Positions 26,383 to 37,694 of a stretch of DNA of 64,000 bases are shown piece after piece. Numbering within the stretch: position 1 is the first letter of the stretch; the number at the start of each line of letters is the position of its first letter. The DNA is from Parasitella parasitica NRRL 2501 (taxonomy: Eukaryota; Fungi; Mucoromycota). A model generated the notes under the pieces. It saw only the letters and a list, made by a program, of their open reading frames with translations. It had not been told where the DNA came from and did not search any database. The stretch is from contig MU619390.1 in the NCBI GenBank assembly GCA_025201805.1, positions 4,362 through 68,361 of the forward strand, given 5' to 3'. The position numbers and the translations under genes are program-made.

Positions 26383-27458
26383 CTAAAGATACACTCCATT
26401 GTCGACGACTCGTTTGCAGCCGTAAGTACTTCTACCGGCATTGCAATCAGCATAATGGTCACAGCATCTCATGCAATAATGTCCGCCATCAGGTTCAATC
26501 AAGCCAACATAGTATTTGTAGCCATAACACATGGAATTGGGGGGAGATCCCTTACCATGGTTGTCATACTGTCCACCGCCGTCTTGAGTGGAAAGTTCCC
26601 AAGCAGCAGGTTTAAAATTACCTGTAACTTGGACGTAGCCAGCAGTGGTGTTTTCGAAAAAGTAGGAGGTCTCAATGAAGGTGACAGGCAAAGTACGGGC
26701 ACCAGGTGCTTTGGCATTATTTTTTAAACAGAAAGAGACAGCATTCTTTTCCGACTTGGAAATGGCTTCAGCGTCAGCCTTGTCATTATTGTCATCCTTG
26801 CCACCGGGGCTACTAGGCAAGAAAAGACAGAAATCAGTCTTGCTGCTAACTTGAACTGTCAATCCATAATTGTAGACGAGATTAGTAGAGATTGGAACAG
26901 TTGTGGAAGAGGTGCTAGTAGACTTTTTGGTAGTGGTACTAGTCTTTTTGATGGTGGTAGTAGTCTTTTAGGTGGTAGTAGTAGTCTTTTTGGTGGTAGT
27001 AGTAGTCTTTTTAGTGGTAGTAGTAGTCTTTTTAGTGGTAGTAGTCTTTTTGGTATTAGTAGTCTTTTTGGTATTAGTAGTCTTTTTGGTAGTAGTAGTA
27101 GTAGTCCTTTTGAGGGTAGAAGTGCTTAAACATAATTTCTGAGCAACTTGTAAATTATTGCATTTAACATTAACTGCAATTAATGATGAGTCAAGGGAAT
27201 GGGATCAATGATAATATATGCCCTCTTACTTTGACTATTCAAGGAGGTTAACTTGGAGATAGAAATTTCAGCTTTTGATGCAATCTTCAAACACTATCAT
27301 AGGGAAAATGATGAGCATTTAAAGCCATATCGAGACAATTAACCTACAGAATCACCAGAGACAACCTTGTATGTCTTTGAGCAATTAGCAGGTATTGCTT
27401 CAACAGACATTGTAGCAGCAATAATGTATGCAATTACAATCACAATCAGGTTACGCAT
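26383..27458 (-). pseudogene. Secreted LysM + Thr/Lys linker + Cys-rich domain gene with an in-frame TAA at 26968-26970
   Basis: Signal peptide, then a spliced LysM (CSKTYKVVSGDS|CLKIA…LTSLNSQ|INVKCNNLQVAQKLCL), a TTTKK repeat containing AAA>TAA, and an intact domain (DFCLFLP…YVQVTG…DGGGQYDNHG…CMRCC…GRSTYGC). Confidence 0.7.
26922..27105 (-). repeat. Imperfect 18/21-bp repeat encoding the (T)nKK linker
   Basis: Repeated agtagtctttttggtggt-type units. Confidence 0.85.
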
Positions 27459-29114
27459 TGTTAAGGAAAGTATGAAGAGAAAAGCTGCAATAAAATAGCA
27501 ATTTTAGGCATGCTTAAATGAAGGACAAAAAGAAAGGTTACACCTTTTAAATGTATTGCAATAAATGATAAATGCCGCAATAAAATACAGACCTTTTCTT
27601 CCTTCATCATGGCACAATGTGCAAGTCAGTGCAACGCATGTAGAGTTGTACTTGATTTCTCTAATCATAGACTGAGTACGGATCCCTCTTTACCTTACTA
27701 GCATTTTTGCATGCTCTCTTATTTTAAGATAACAGCTCAGTTTGAGCTTTTTTTTTATTCTACGTTTCTCTAACTTGCAGACTCACCAGAGGAGCATTGT
27801 AAAGATTGACCTGAATAACAATACCAGGGAATAAAATCTAGATTCAGGAACCACAGAAAAAGTTATTTTCAGACCGGACCTGACCCAAAACAGACAGTCT
27901 ATGTGTAGCTTAATTCTCCCAAGTTTTTGGAGAACGAGGCGCTCGCTCCAAATTGGGATTATGAAGTACAGTGTCTTTACGTTTAAGAAATTTTAGAAAG
28001 ATTTGTTCATCTGTATGAATGTTTGACCATCAATGTGGAGAGTAAGCATCACAAAATAAAATAAAAAAATAAAAAAAACCCATGGCAGGTCGGTTTACTA
28101 GCTTAAAACGCATGTTAGCATTTTGTGCGAATAACGGGTACAACCTTGACAGTCTCAAGGTGAAAATTTCAGGATCGTTTCCAGCTCTGTCAGTGTTGCG
28201 TAGATACAACCACTGATAAGGCTGACTGAAATTTACATAAAACTATTGGAGGTTTGGAGATTGGTACACATCTGTTTCTATAAGCCCGTTACGTGCAGAA
28301 GCTATTTCTTTTACAAACAGTTGAAAATGCGATGCTTTCGTAACATGCCGTGGTGCTCTCTTTGTGCAACCATCATTTGCTTTTTTTTCGGGATCTGCGG
28401 AGAGGATGCATGCAGATCAAAATAGTCAGGTTTGTGCCTGCTGGCGTATTACTGAACATCTGTTATGTGTATTGCACGTATCGGGCGTACTAAACAAATC
28501 TATGGTATCTTGGATTACAAGATTGTTATACCAGAATAAGACCCTTTCAATGGGTGTGCATTGCGTTTATGGCCATTAGGTAACTTCAGTATATACTAGG
28601 TTGAAGCACGGTTATGAACTATTGTGAATATTACGCAAGTATTCATCACATGAACATTTGATTTCTACTGCATTTTCGTCAGTTTAATGATGACTTTGGT
28701 CCTGACACTAACATATACACAAACAATTTCCATCTGAACATCACTGCGAATAATACAATATTGAATCAATCCTAAAAGAGAGATGCAGATATACAACCTG
28801 CTACATTTACTGTGCGTGTACACATACCATGGCAATAGGGATATAATCAACATGTCTATGTTGCATGGATATAATTAATTCTTGGCCATTAATTTGCTAT
28901 GCATGTAAGGAGTGCTTATTTTGGGTTGTTTTTAGAATTTATCGTATGCCCATAGATGCATATTCATGCCAGAATGGGACAAATTGTAAGCTTTGGTACC
29001 ACAAAAATATACTGCAGCTGTTTCAAAATGCAAATTTCTTTGAATATTTAAGGATCTTCCCCAAGCATCACTCTTTGTCTCTCATCAATTCACTGATACA
29101 AGCCAACAGACAAA

Positions 29115-29402
29115 ATGCTTAAATTTTCTGCCATCTGTATCTTACTAACTGCTGTTACTGTTGCTTTTGGCTGTGATACTGCCTGTAGTGCGGCCCAAGA
29201 ACGAAACGGTCGTTGTTATTACAGTTGTACGGATGGTGCTTGCCATATGTCTAGTGGTCATCATAGGGATCAGTTTCTTAACGGATTAGGCACTCGCGGC
29301 TATGACTGCAAACCAGAAGGTGCCGGCTCTCTCTCTTGCGCAAAGACAGGCGACTTTGGTGGATGCTGGGCTCACAAATGGACCTGTGGTCAGGGATGCT
29401 AA
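29115..29402 (+). CDS. Small secreted cysteine-rich protein (95 aa, 10 Cys in the predicted mature part)
   Basis: Signal peptide MLKFSAICILLTAVTVAFG; good start context (caaaATG); intronless; ends in Cys. Confidence 0.8.
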   Translation: MLKFSAICILLTAVTVAFGCDTACSAAQERNGRCYYSCTDGACHMSSGHHRDQFLNGLGTRGYDCKPEGAGSLSCAKTGDFGGCWAHKWTCGQGC

Positions 29403-29933
29403 CTTTATCATTTTGTCTTGAAAAATAAATGATCTGCATATAACGCCCAAATTGGGGTTCGTCCTATTTTGCTAATTGCTTTGCTGAAAAAAAAAAAAAC
29501 AAATTGCAACGTGCCTAAGATAAGCTTTGGCACAGTAACTTGAAAAAGATATAAACCTTTGCTTCTTCATGTTTTGAACCCCTCGCTTTACCAGGAATTA
29601 TTTCTTTTAGAGATATTATCTATTGTAAAAGGGTATCAAAAAAGTCCAAAAAGGTGTACTAGAATAATCTTTGTAATATACGCTATTATTGATTTCTCAA
29701 TATGAGCAAGTTAAATAGCTGTAATCTACCCCAAAGCTTTTCGTTCATGCAAGACGATAGATTTTTGGCAGGCTCAAGTTCCTGGCGAAAACGCTCATCT
29801 ACCACTTACTCCAAACCTCAGCCTGAAAACATTTAATAAGCACCAACGAGAAACAATCTAACAGGCCTTGAAGAGAGTTTTTATAGAGAAAACAGGGCTG
29901 CTATTTACAAAAATGCGTTTGATTTTATTACAT

Positions 29934-31627
29934 TCAGTCTTCTTCTTCCTCGTCCTCATTATCGAGACCTTCCTCTAAATCATATTCATACGCAACATCC
30001 CAGCGAGATCCAGGAGCTTTTGCACTGACATATTTGATAAAGCGCATGACGCCTTCATCCCTCAAAACCAAACTAAGTTCATTTTGTCCAGCGGGCAAGG
30101 TTAGTAGAGCTCCATCTTCATCTGCAGCCTTGTATGTTGCAGGATCCTCTTCTTCATCGTGCGGGGCCATATAGCATTCATAACCGCCAACATCGCCATC
30201 CTCCCAAGCACCGGGTTGGTCGACATGACAGAAAGTGACATCCAAAACCCCCTGGCCTCTTGTATTCGTGGTAGCCAATGTATAATCATGGCCGGGTCTA
30301 AAACGACGTGCCTCACCACGATATCCCACAGCTAAAAGTTGAGTCATAGCAGCAAGCCATAATCTAAATGCTTCAGACCCAAATCTAGCCTTGAGGTAGG
30401 CGAAAATATCGTCGTCATTCTTTGCATTATTTACCATGTATCTTGAGCGATGAGGAGGGCCTTGGACAGCCCAGCCTTCACGGACACCAGTTCCATGCGG
30501 GACAATTCGATGACCTTCAATCAAGTTATCCTCAGTATCCATCCTTGTAGTTGCAGCCATCAGTTTGGCCAAGGTGGGCTCATTCAAAATTTCTTTGCAT
30601 TGAACTGCCGACTCGTCCAAGAAGCGCTCAGACATTTGCGATACAATCTTCAGGTCTAAATAGTAAGGATTCATCCATTCTGCAAGCTCTACCATAACAT
30701 CTTCTGTCAATCCAACAATCTCGTCCTCTTCGGGGTTCTGAATTTGGTATTTGGTGAATCGATCGCTAGAGTCTTGTTCCTCCTGAAGCTGTTCCAGAGA
30801 AGACTTGGCAGCATCGGATTCTTCCTGAGATTGCTCCTTGAAGCCAAATTCGCCTTCTTGAGGTATATGGAACCAACCTGAAATAGACAGACGGTTCCCA
30901 GGGCCAACAACCTCTTCCACGGAATGGAACGAATGTCCTGGTTGGACAGTAAACATGACAAACTGGTTCCATTGAGGGGGTATCACAACGGTAGGCTCAG
31001 ATGCAGGAATGCCCTTTTCAATCACAGGGTAAAGCTCAAGAGCGCCGCCATCTTCAGGCTGCCACGGTTTTGCGGGATCCGTCAGGTACAAAATGTACGA
31101 CACACGACGAGTGCCAATCACATCATCGTGATTAAGTAGATGACATCCAGCCTGGTAGGAGTTGATGCTCATATCCATTTTTGTGCCTGACAAAGGACCG
31201 CAGTCTGTTACCTTCGAGATGAAACTGCGAAATTCAGCAGAATAAATGGCATTTCGAAGCTCAAACAAACTGGACAGCTGCTCAAGTTCGTCCTTGGGAA
31301 GCCCGTCCAAGTTGGCCAGATCACCGGTTTGATTGACCTGTACACTATCAGTATCAGCCAGCCTATATATATATTTTTCAGAATGTTGCATATGAAACTC
31401 ACCTTGTAAATGTCGGTTTCCTTTAGCGTAAAGTGCAAGTTGGATAAAATCTCTTTACGGACCCTTCTCAGCAATTCATCATTGAGTAATGTGTCAATCT
31501 TACAGTGAAGGTAAGGCTTTGATTCTCTGAATTGCTTGTGAATAACGGCCGTGGAATCAGCCCCCAACAAACCCTTGTGGAACTTTTCTTCAGTATTAGT
31601 ATCGAGTTTTTGTCGCTTGTTGGCCAT
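29934..31627 (-). CDS. TPA1: uS12 prolyl hydroxylase Tpa1/OGFOD1 (1 intron)
   Basis: KETDIYK|VNQTGDLANL, HLLNHDDVIGTRRVSYILYL, SFHSVEEV, RLSISGWFH, RRFRPGHDYTLA, KAPGSRWDV. Confidence 0.95.
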
Positions 31628-31798
31628 GATGGCTTGATGGAAAGAATGGAAATGTAAAAAGGAAAACAAGTGGCTTTTGTCCCTGTCAATAAAATATGTA
31701 CAAAAAAAAAAAAAAGCGGGGAGATCAAACAAATGCACATCCACACACACACATGCAAAGGGATTGATAAAAATTTTATTTACAACAGGTATCATGGT

Positions 31799-32216
31799 CT
31801 ATTTTCGTTGATTGAGCAACTTGGCCAAAAAGCCTTGGCTTCCGTCTTTGTTGGCGCCAAGAGATGACAGCATGCTGGAGTAGTATTTTGGATTGCTGGC
31901 AGGAGACAAAATTTTCTCTGACAATGTGTACTGAAAGACACAGTTAATGTAAATGCTCCTACAGAGAATTATGCTAGGCTATAATTACCTTCTCCTTGAA
32001 TTCATTGTTCAAAAGCTTTTGTAATGACAGTAATTCTCTCTCTGCTTGAGCAACGTTTAGAGCCTCTTCATTTAAAAGCGGCTTTCTGAATGTTTCCTCG
32101 ATTCGGGTGGATAAAACCTGCTTCAAATCTCTGTTGGGCCGAACTTTATCAACGGGCCACTTCTGGATTACTTTTAAAAACGAACGATACAAAGGTTGAA
32201 TTTCATTTGAAGCCAT
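31799..32216 (-). CDS. UQCC2: Cytochrome bc1 assembly factor UQCC2/Cbp6-like (1 intron)
   Basis: YRSFLKVIQKWPVDKVRPNRDL…SLQKLLNNEFKEK|YTLSEKILSPASNPKYY. Confidence 0.75.
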
Positions 32217-32298
32217 GTTGCTATTTATTGGTAGAAAAGGAAAAGATGAAGGCGAAAGCCAGGGTTGTGTAATCTTCTGTCCCGAATAATCCGGGCTT

Positions 32299-33249
32299 TT
32301 AAAGATTGACAAGCGGATCCTGTTCGAACGGTATAGGATCTTCTTCAATACCAAGCTCTTCTTTTAGCTCTCTTGGGTTTCCAGGATAATGCTCGGTGAC
32401 AGTTTTGAATATGTCTCGAAACTGGTTGCTTAATTGTTAGTGCTGGTATCCAGCGATCCAAGGTAGAAATGCACACATACCATGCCTCTTCGTTTCCTCC
32501 ATAATTGTCTGTATGTGTCGTATTCGTCGTCGGCTCGTTTCCTCTTCTCTGGTGGGATTAACACAGTGCCAGTTTTCAATGCGGTTAATTTTTCTCTCAG
32601 CTGAGCATTCTATAAGCAAACTTTAACAGTTAGAAAAAAAGGGGGAGGGGGCGCAAGGAGCAGAATTACAAGGACACAAAACCTCGGCTTTAGTCTTTTC
32701 TAATAGTCCTTTCGCTTCAGATGTTGTCGGTTCGCTTTTTATTTTTGCTAGCGCTGTAAAAAGAAAATTATTGCATCAAGACCTAAAGCAAATGCATAGG
32801 CTTACTTTGATCTAGCTGTTTATTTTCAGCTGATAGCTTTTCATGCTCCTCAGTTAGCTCATCCATTGACTTTTGCAGCGCATTGATTTCCTCCTCTGAA
32901 GGCACGTCGTCCAGTGATTGCTTGATCAAGTAAATCACTGTCTTGCCGTACGTTTTTGATACAATAAGGTCGTCCCTGATCAATTGATCAAGTGCTTTTA
33001 CGACAGAGCCTTTTGTGTACTTTGCATGCAAGTTATTGAATATGTCAGCTATTTGACGCCATGTTAATACTCTGCTCTGTTGATTATCTGAACTTTACTA
33101 CGGTACTGGCGCTGTAAGGTCTGTTTACTCTGGTCAGGTACTCGAGCACAGCAGATTCTAAATCAGTGAGGCTTAGGGCATGCATAGCCAGTTACCAATC
33201 GATTACTACCTTCTTCTTTTTTATCACTATTAGTCTTCTTTTTTGCCAT
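32299..33249 (-). CDS. HOP2: Meiotic homologous-pairing protein Hop2/TBPIP (multi-exon)
   Basis: VLEYLTRVNRPYSATDIFNNLH, KTYGKTVIY, a coiled coil, KRRGMFRDIF, EELGIEED. Confidence 0.88.
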
Positions 33250-33616
33250 ATGTTTTTCGGGTTCAACAAAGAAGAGCTTATGCGGTTTACGAGTAAGGTA
33301 TATACTTGTGCGTGTACCAATCCAGACACTTTAAACCACCGGACTTGCAGCATGGACCTGAGAAATGGCAATTGTTCACAGTAACGGTCCGGCTTGGCTG
33401 TCTCGATAGCCTACATACAGCTTGGAGGATCATGGCTATAGTTTTCCCTTGCAGTTTTTTTTTCCAACGAAATCACTCTAGGTAATTCACGTTGGCCAAT
33501 GGTAAATCCGCAATAGTGGGATTTCAGCAACATTTTTTTTTATTTTTTATTTTCATTTTTATTTTTATTTTTATTTTTTTGTCAAGAGGCTGTATCTTGT
33601 TGCGATACAAAAAGGA

Positions 33617-35597
33617 ATGCCATTAATCGCTGATTCCCTGGATGTTTCGAGTGGGACAGCCGTACTTGCTTTATCGCTGATAGCAACAGCCAGCTATTAC
33701 TACCTGTTTAGCGACAAGCGCTTTACACTGCCCGAGCGATTGTACTTTTTAATATGCAAACGAAACATACAAGAAGCCTTATTGGAGCATGAGCTACTAG
33801 AAGAAGGTAACAGTATCGACTGTGTTGCGCCAGTTGAACATGGCAATAACACTCGTTAATAGCCGAGCCTGAAATCATCACAGAAAACACTCAGTTTGTG
33901 GAAATCAATGGCCATAAGCTCCGTATTGTGCATATCATCCATGAACTTGGCAGCAAAGTGCCACTGATCGTATTTATACACGGTCTAGGCGGGCAGGTAT
34001 GTAAAATTCCCGTCTGATAATATATTGCCCATGGGCTCAACAGCCTCGACTAGGTGCCACAATGGACATGTCAAATCGAGTATTTTTCGCATACCGCGCA
34101 CATCCTTGCCATTGATTTACTAGGCTGTGGCAAGAGTGAGGTGACCAACGAGTGAGTAAAATCAGGATCCACTCTGCATGTTTTATTTAACGGCATGTCC
34201 TTGGCTAGCTGGGAATCGTATACAACAGCCTCACTCGTGGACGACGTCAAAAAGTTACTGCTTGATCGTTACAAATACCCAGCCACTGTGATTGTTGCTC
34301 ATTCTTATGGCTGCTCAATCGCATCTTCTGTTGCCGCCTCGCCGGAAATTCAAGCCAGTCTCAAAGGGCTAGTCTTGATTGCGCCCAAAGAACACATCAG
34401 CGAGACTCAAAAGCGAAATCAGAACAAACTGCGATGGATACCTGACTGGCTCTTCAACTGCGCTAGAACAGCCGATAGAAAAGGCGGCTTGCATTCAAAA
34501 AGCGTGGATCGTTTTTTGGGGACAGAGATTAGCGACCTGGACATTCGCAGAAGGTATGTCGGACGGATGAAATGTTTGGAGAGACTTCAGGACCATTGAC
34601 GACACGCTGCTATAGCCAATTACGATGGAACCTCCAGAGCAGATCATCCGTATACAAGCGGTTTGTACGAGGAGCCACTTTTCCCGACAAAAGCGTATAC
34701 GACAAGATCAAAGTAGGTGTGCTTTTGATAGGCGGCGGATTGGATACAATAACTCCATCTTCTGAAATGAACGTCATCCGCAATCACCTACTTGGCTTGG
34801 ATCCTCACAAGGGCCAATGGGATGAGACAACGCCATCTGATAACATTCGGGTGCCAGTGCCATATGTTATCCCTGACGTGGGGCATGTGCCAATGGTGGT
34901 TCATCCAGAATTGGTCAATCCTGTCATTTCTGATTTCTTGGTCAAAAACTGTGGACTTAACACGTTGAGCGGAGCTTGGCAAATACTGCACAAAACAAAA
35001 GGTGAAAACAAGTGGGATTTGAAGAACTATGCCAAATGGGCCAGCATCACCAACATTACATACGAACCTATTGGCCCATCGCTATTCAGGGCCATGAAGG
35101 TGATGCGCCAAACTGACACGGCTCATTGCCCATCGGCGCTACTGGCCAAGTATCCAGAAATCCGCTTCATCATCGATATATCAAACGACACGCCACCTTA
35201 TCGGGCCACAGATTTTGAGCACTCGAGAATAGAATATATCAAGTTCAAAACCGTGTCCAAGATACCGCCCACTAGAGAAGAAGTGGCCAAATTCAACGAT
35301 ATCGCCGCGTCTTGCTGGGGGAAGAACCCTGATGCCCAAGTTGCTGTTCATTGCCACTATGGATTCAATAGAACCGGATTCTTTATCTGCTGCTATATGA
35401 TTGAGAGATTAGGTGTTGCGGTTCCTGATGCATTACGCTACTTTAAAGATGTTCGACCTCCTGGAATAAGGTAGTGTTTTGTGTTCTCTAGTGTGATGGA
35501 TGCAGACTAACGGGGCTTCATTTGATTATTTACACATTGTAGACATGCGCATTTTATTGATGAGCTGTATCTGCGCTATGTGTTGAATCAAAGATAG
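33617..35597 (+). CDS. N-terminal TM + alpha/beta hydrolase fused to a DUSP11/capping-triphosphatase-like Cys phosphatase
   Basis: VFIHGLGGQ, IDLLGCGKS, AHSYG nucleophile elbow and VGHVPM; then IIDIS, HCHYGFNRTGFFIC, RPPGIRHAHFIDELYLRY. Confidence 0.85.
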
Positions 35598-35676
35598 GCT
35601 TTCAGCGCACGCAGCCGTCTGACGGGATACGCTTGATCATTATATTTAAACTCTCCCTTGAGTATAATAGTTGAAT

Positions 35677-35708
35677 TATATATATATATATTATATATAT
35701 ATATATAA
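35677..35708. repeat. (TA)n microsatellite, interrupted
   Basis: tatatatatatatattatatatatatatata. Confidence 0.8.
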
Positions 35709-36004
35709 ATGCGCACACAAGCTCCTTTAGAGTAGCACCAGGAGTCTTCTCTGATTAGCAAATTTACTTGGGAAAATAAAAGGGGGGGGGGCGAGATATC
35801 GAATACATATGGCTCTCGAAATCAAAAAGTTTAGAGACGTATACTAAATACTCAAAACTAGTCTTTCCCACTCCTTTGTCCCCCTTTTCTCATCAGGCTG
35901 CATCTCCCTTGGTCTTTCATATAAATATACCAGGATTTCTTTCACAATCTGTTGTCAACTTGTTTCTTCCACTTTTCTTCAAATAATAATAATAATAAAA
36001 AAAA

Positions 36005-37694
36005 ATGCCTTGCTTAGGGTCACGCAAAAAATCCAACAATAGCAGACAACAAAGTACGTCTTCTATTATAAACAGTAGATTTAGGCTGCCTAATCACGTT
36101 GAACCAACTTTAACATCAGGTATCGACGGGCAGAGCAAGACTGAAAGCTCAGCCGGTCAGCAGTCTGAAGCCGTAGCGCAAATCAAACTTGAATACAATG
36201 AATTGAAATCAAAAGCAAGTAGCATAGTACCCCGTTTTTTTTTTCTTACGCCCCCCCTTGATGATTAACATTTGATCCTTTTGTTGTGCTTGTAGAATAT
36301 GGCCAATCTAGAGATCATCGCAAAACAAACATCTGAACTAGAACAACTGCGACAGCAATTAAGTGAGTCTATCACTTCTCAGCTGTCTATACCCGAGTCA
36401 AATGAAGACGATAGAAATGAAACTAAACAAGCTTTATTGAAGCTGGAGGCTCAGAACAAAGAAACACTGTCAACCTTGGCCGAAAAGGAGGCTTTACTTG
36501 AAAAGACCGAACGACAACTCCAAGAACTGACGGAGAAAATGAACCGAGAAAAAGAAGAAGCAATAGCCGCAGCAGAGGCAGCAGCAGAGGCAGCAGTAGA
36601 GGCAGCAGTAGAGGCAGCAGCAGAAGCAGCAGAAGCAGAGGCCAAAGCAGAGGCCAAAGCAGCAGCAGAAGCAGAAGAGGCTAAAACAACAGCAGCGCTT
36701 GAAACTGCGAGCACAAAAAGTATTGAGCAAGATTTGCACAACCAGCTGGCTGAAAAAGAGCAGTTGCTCCAAAAACAGCAAGCACAGTTGGAGGAGCTGA
36801 AATCACAGTGGGAAGCTGAACGAGCCGAGCTAAGCAAGCCCGCTTTAGAGCAAGTTACAGCTCAACTGGAGGAACTGAGAGAGACTGTAAGTACGCAAAA
36901 AGCAGCTGCCATAGCAAATTCTAACTGAAAGGCTTGTATATGCAGAATAAGGCTGCTGTCGAAAGATTGACAGAAAAAGAAAACGAACTCGCAGAGCTTC
37001 GTTCTCAGTTGAATAGAAGAGACAGGAAGCCAAAGCAATCGCTTTCAAAGGAACAAGAGCAGCAAAGAAGACTTAATCGACTGACAATGGACCTCGAAAA
37101 CGATCGTCTTTTGATCCAAAGATTGGACGAGTTGAACCAACAGCTAGAGGTATGTATAGTGTGCTTGGAACATGCAAAAAAAAAAAAAAAAAATTCCACA
37201 AGATCTAATTGACGACGCCTCCACAGACACAAAAACAAAAGCACGAATCTATCCTTCAATCGCATGCAAAGGCTTTGGCAGAGAAAGACCATGTCCTCTT
37301 CCAACACCAGAAATCACTGAAACAACTCAAAATGAGCCACGACAATGCCACCAAATCACTGGAGCAAGGACATTTGCACCAGTTGAAGAAGCTGCAATTG
37401 CAACATGAAAACGCATTGAGCGATTTGAAAAAGAGACTGGCACAAGCAGAGAACCAAGCAAAGTCTGCAGTCAACGATGAGCTGGACCAGATACTAGTAG
37501 AATTTGAGCAATCCCAACACAACCATTCCGCTGAAGTAGCGTCTTTACAACAGTCCTATGAGACACAAATCTCCAAAATGCGATTAGGCCAGCAAGCCGA
37601 AATAAGAAGCCTAATCGGTGACAGCAGTGATGGCAATGCTGCGTCAAAATTAAAAAATAATGCAAAGTTCAGCTGGCCACCTGTAGCTGTCTAA
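36005..37694 (+). CDS. Uncharacterised coiled-coil protein (5 exons, Ala/Glu repeat)
   Basis: Consecutive E/Q/K/L-rich exons joined by plausible introns, one of them GC-AG (36215-36295); ends KFSWPPVAV*. Confidence 0.7.

Noticed and set aside
26851-27129. Gly/Ser-rich SLFG-repeat ORF resembling an FG nucleoporin
   Set aside because: Antisense shadow of the Thr/Lys linker of the LysM gene.
36494-36781. Cys-rich antisense ORF (CCCFCCC…)
   Set aside because: Shadow of the GCA/GAG Ala-Glu repeat on the coding strand; no signal peptide.
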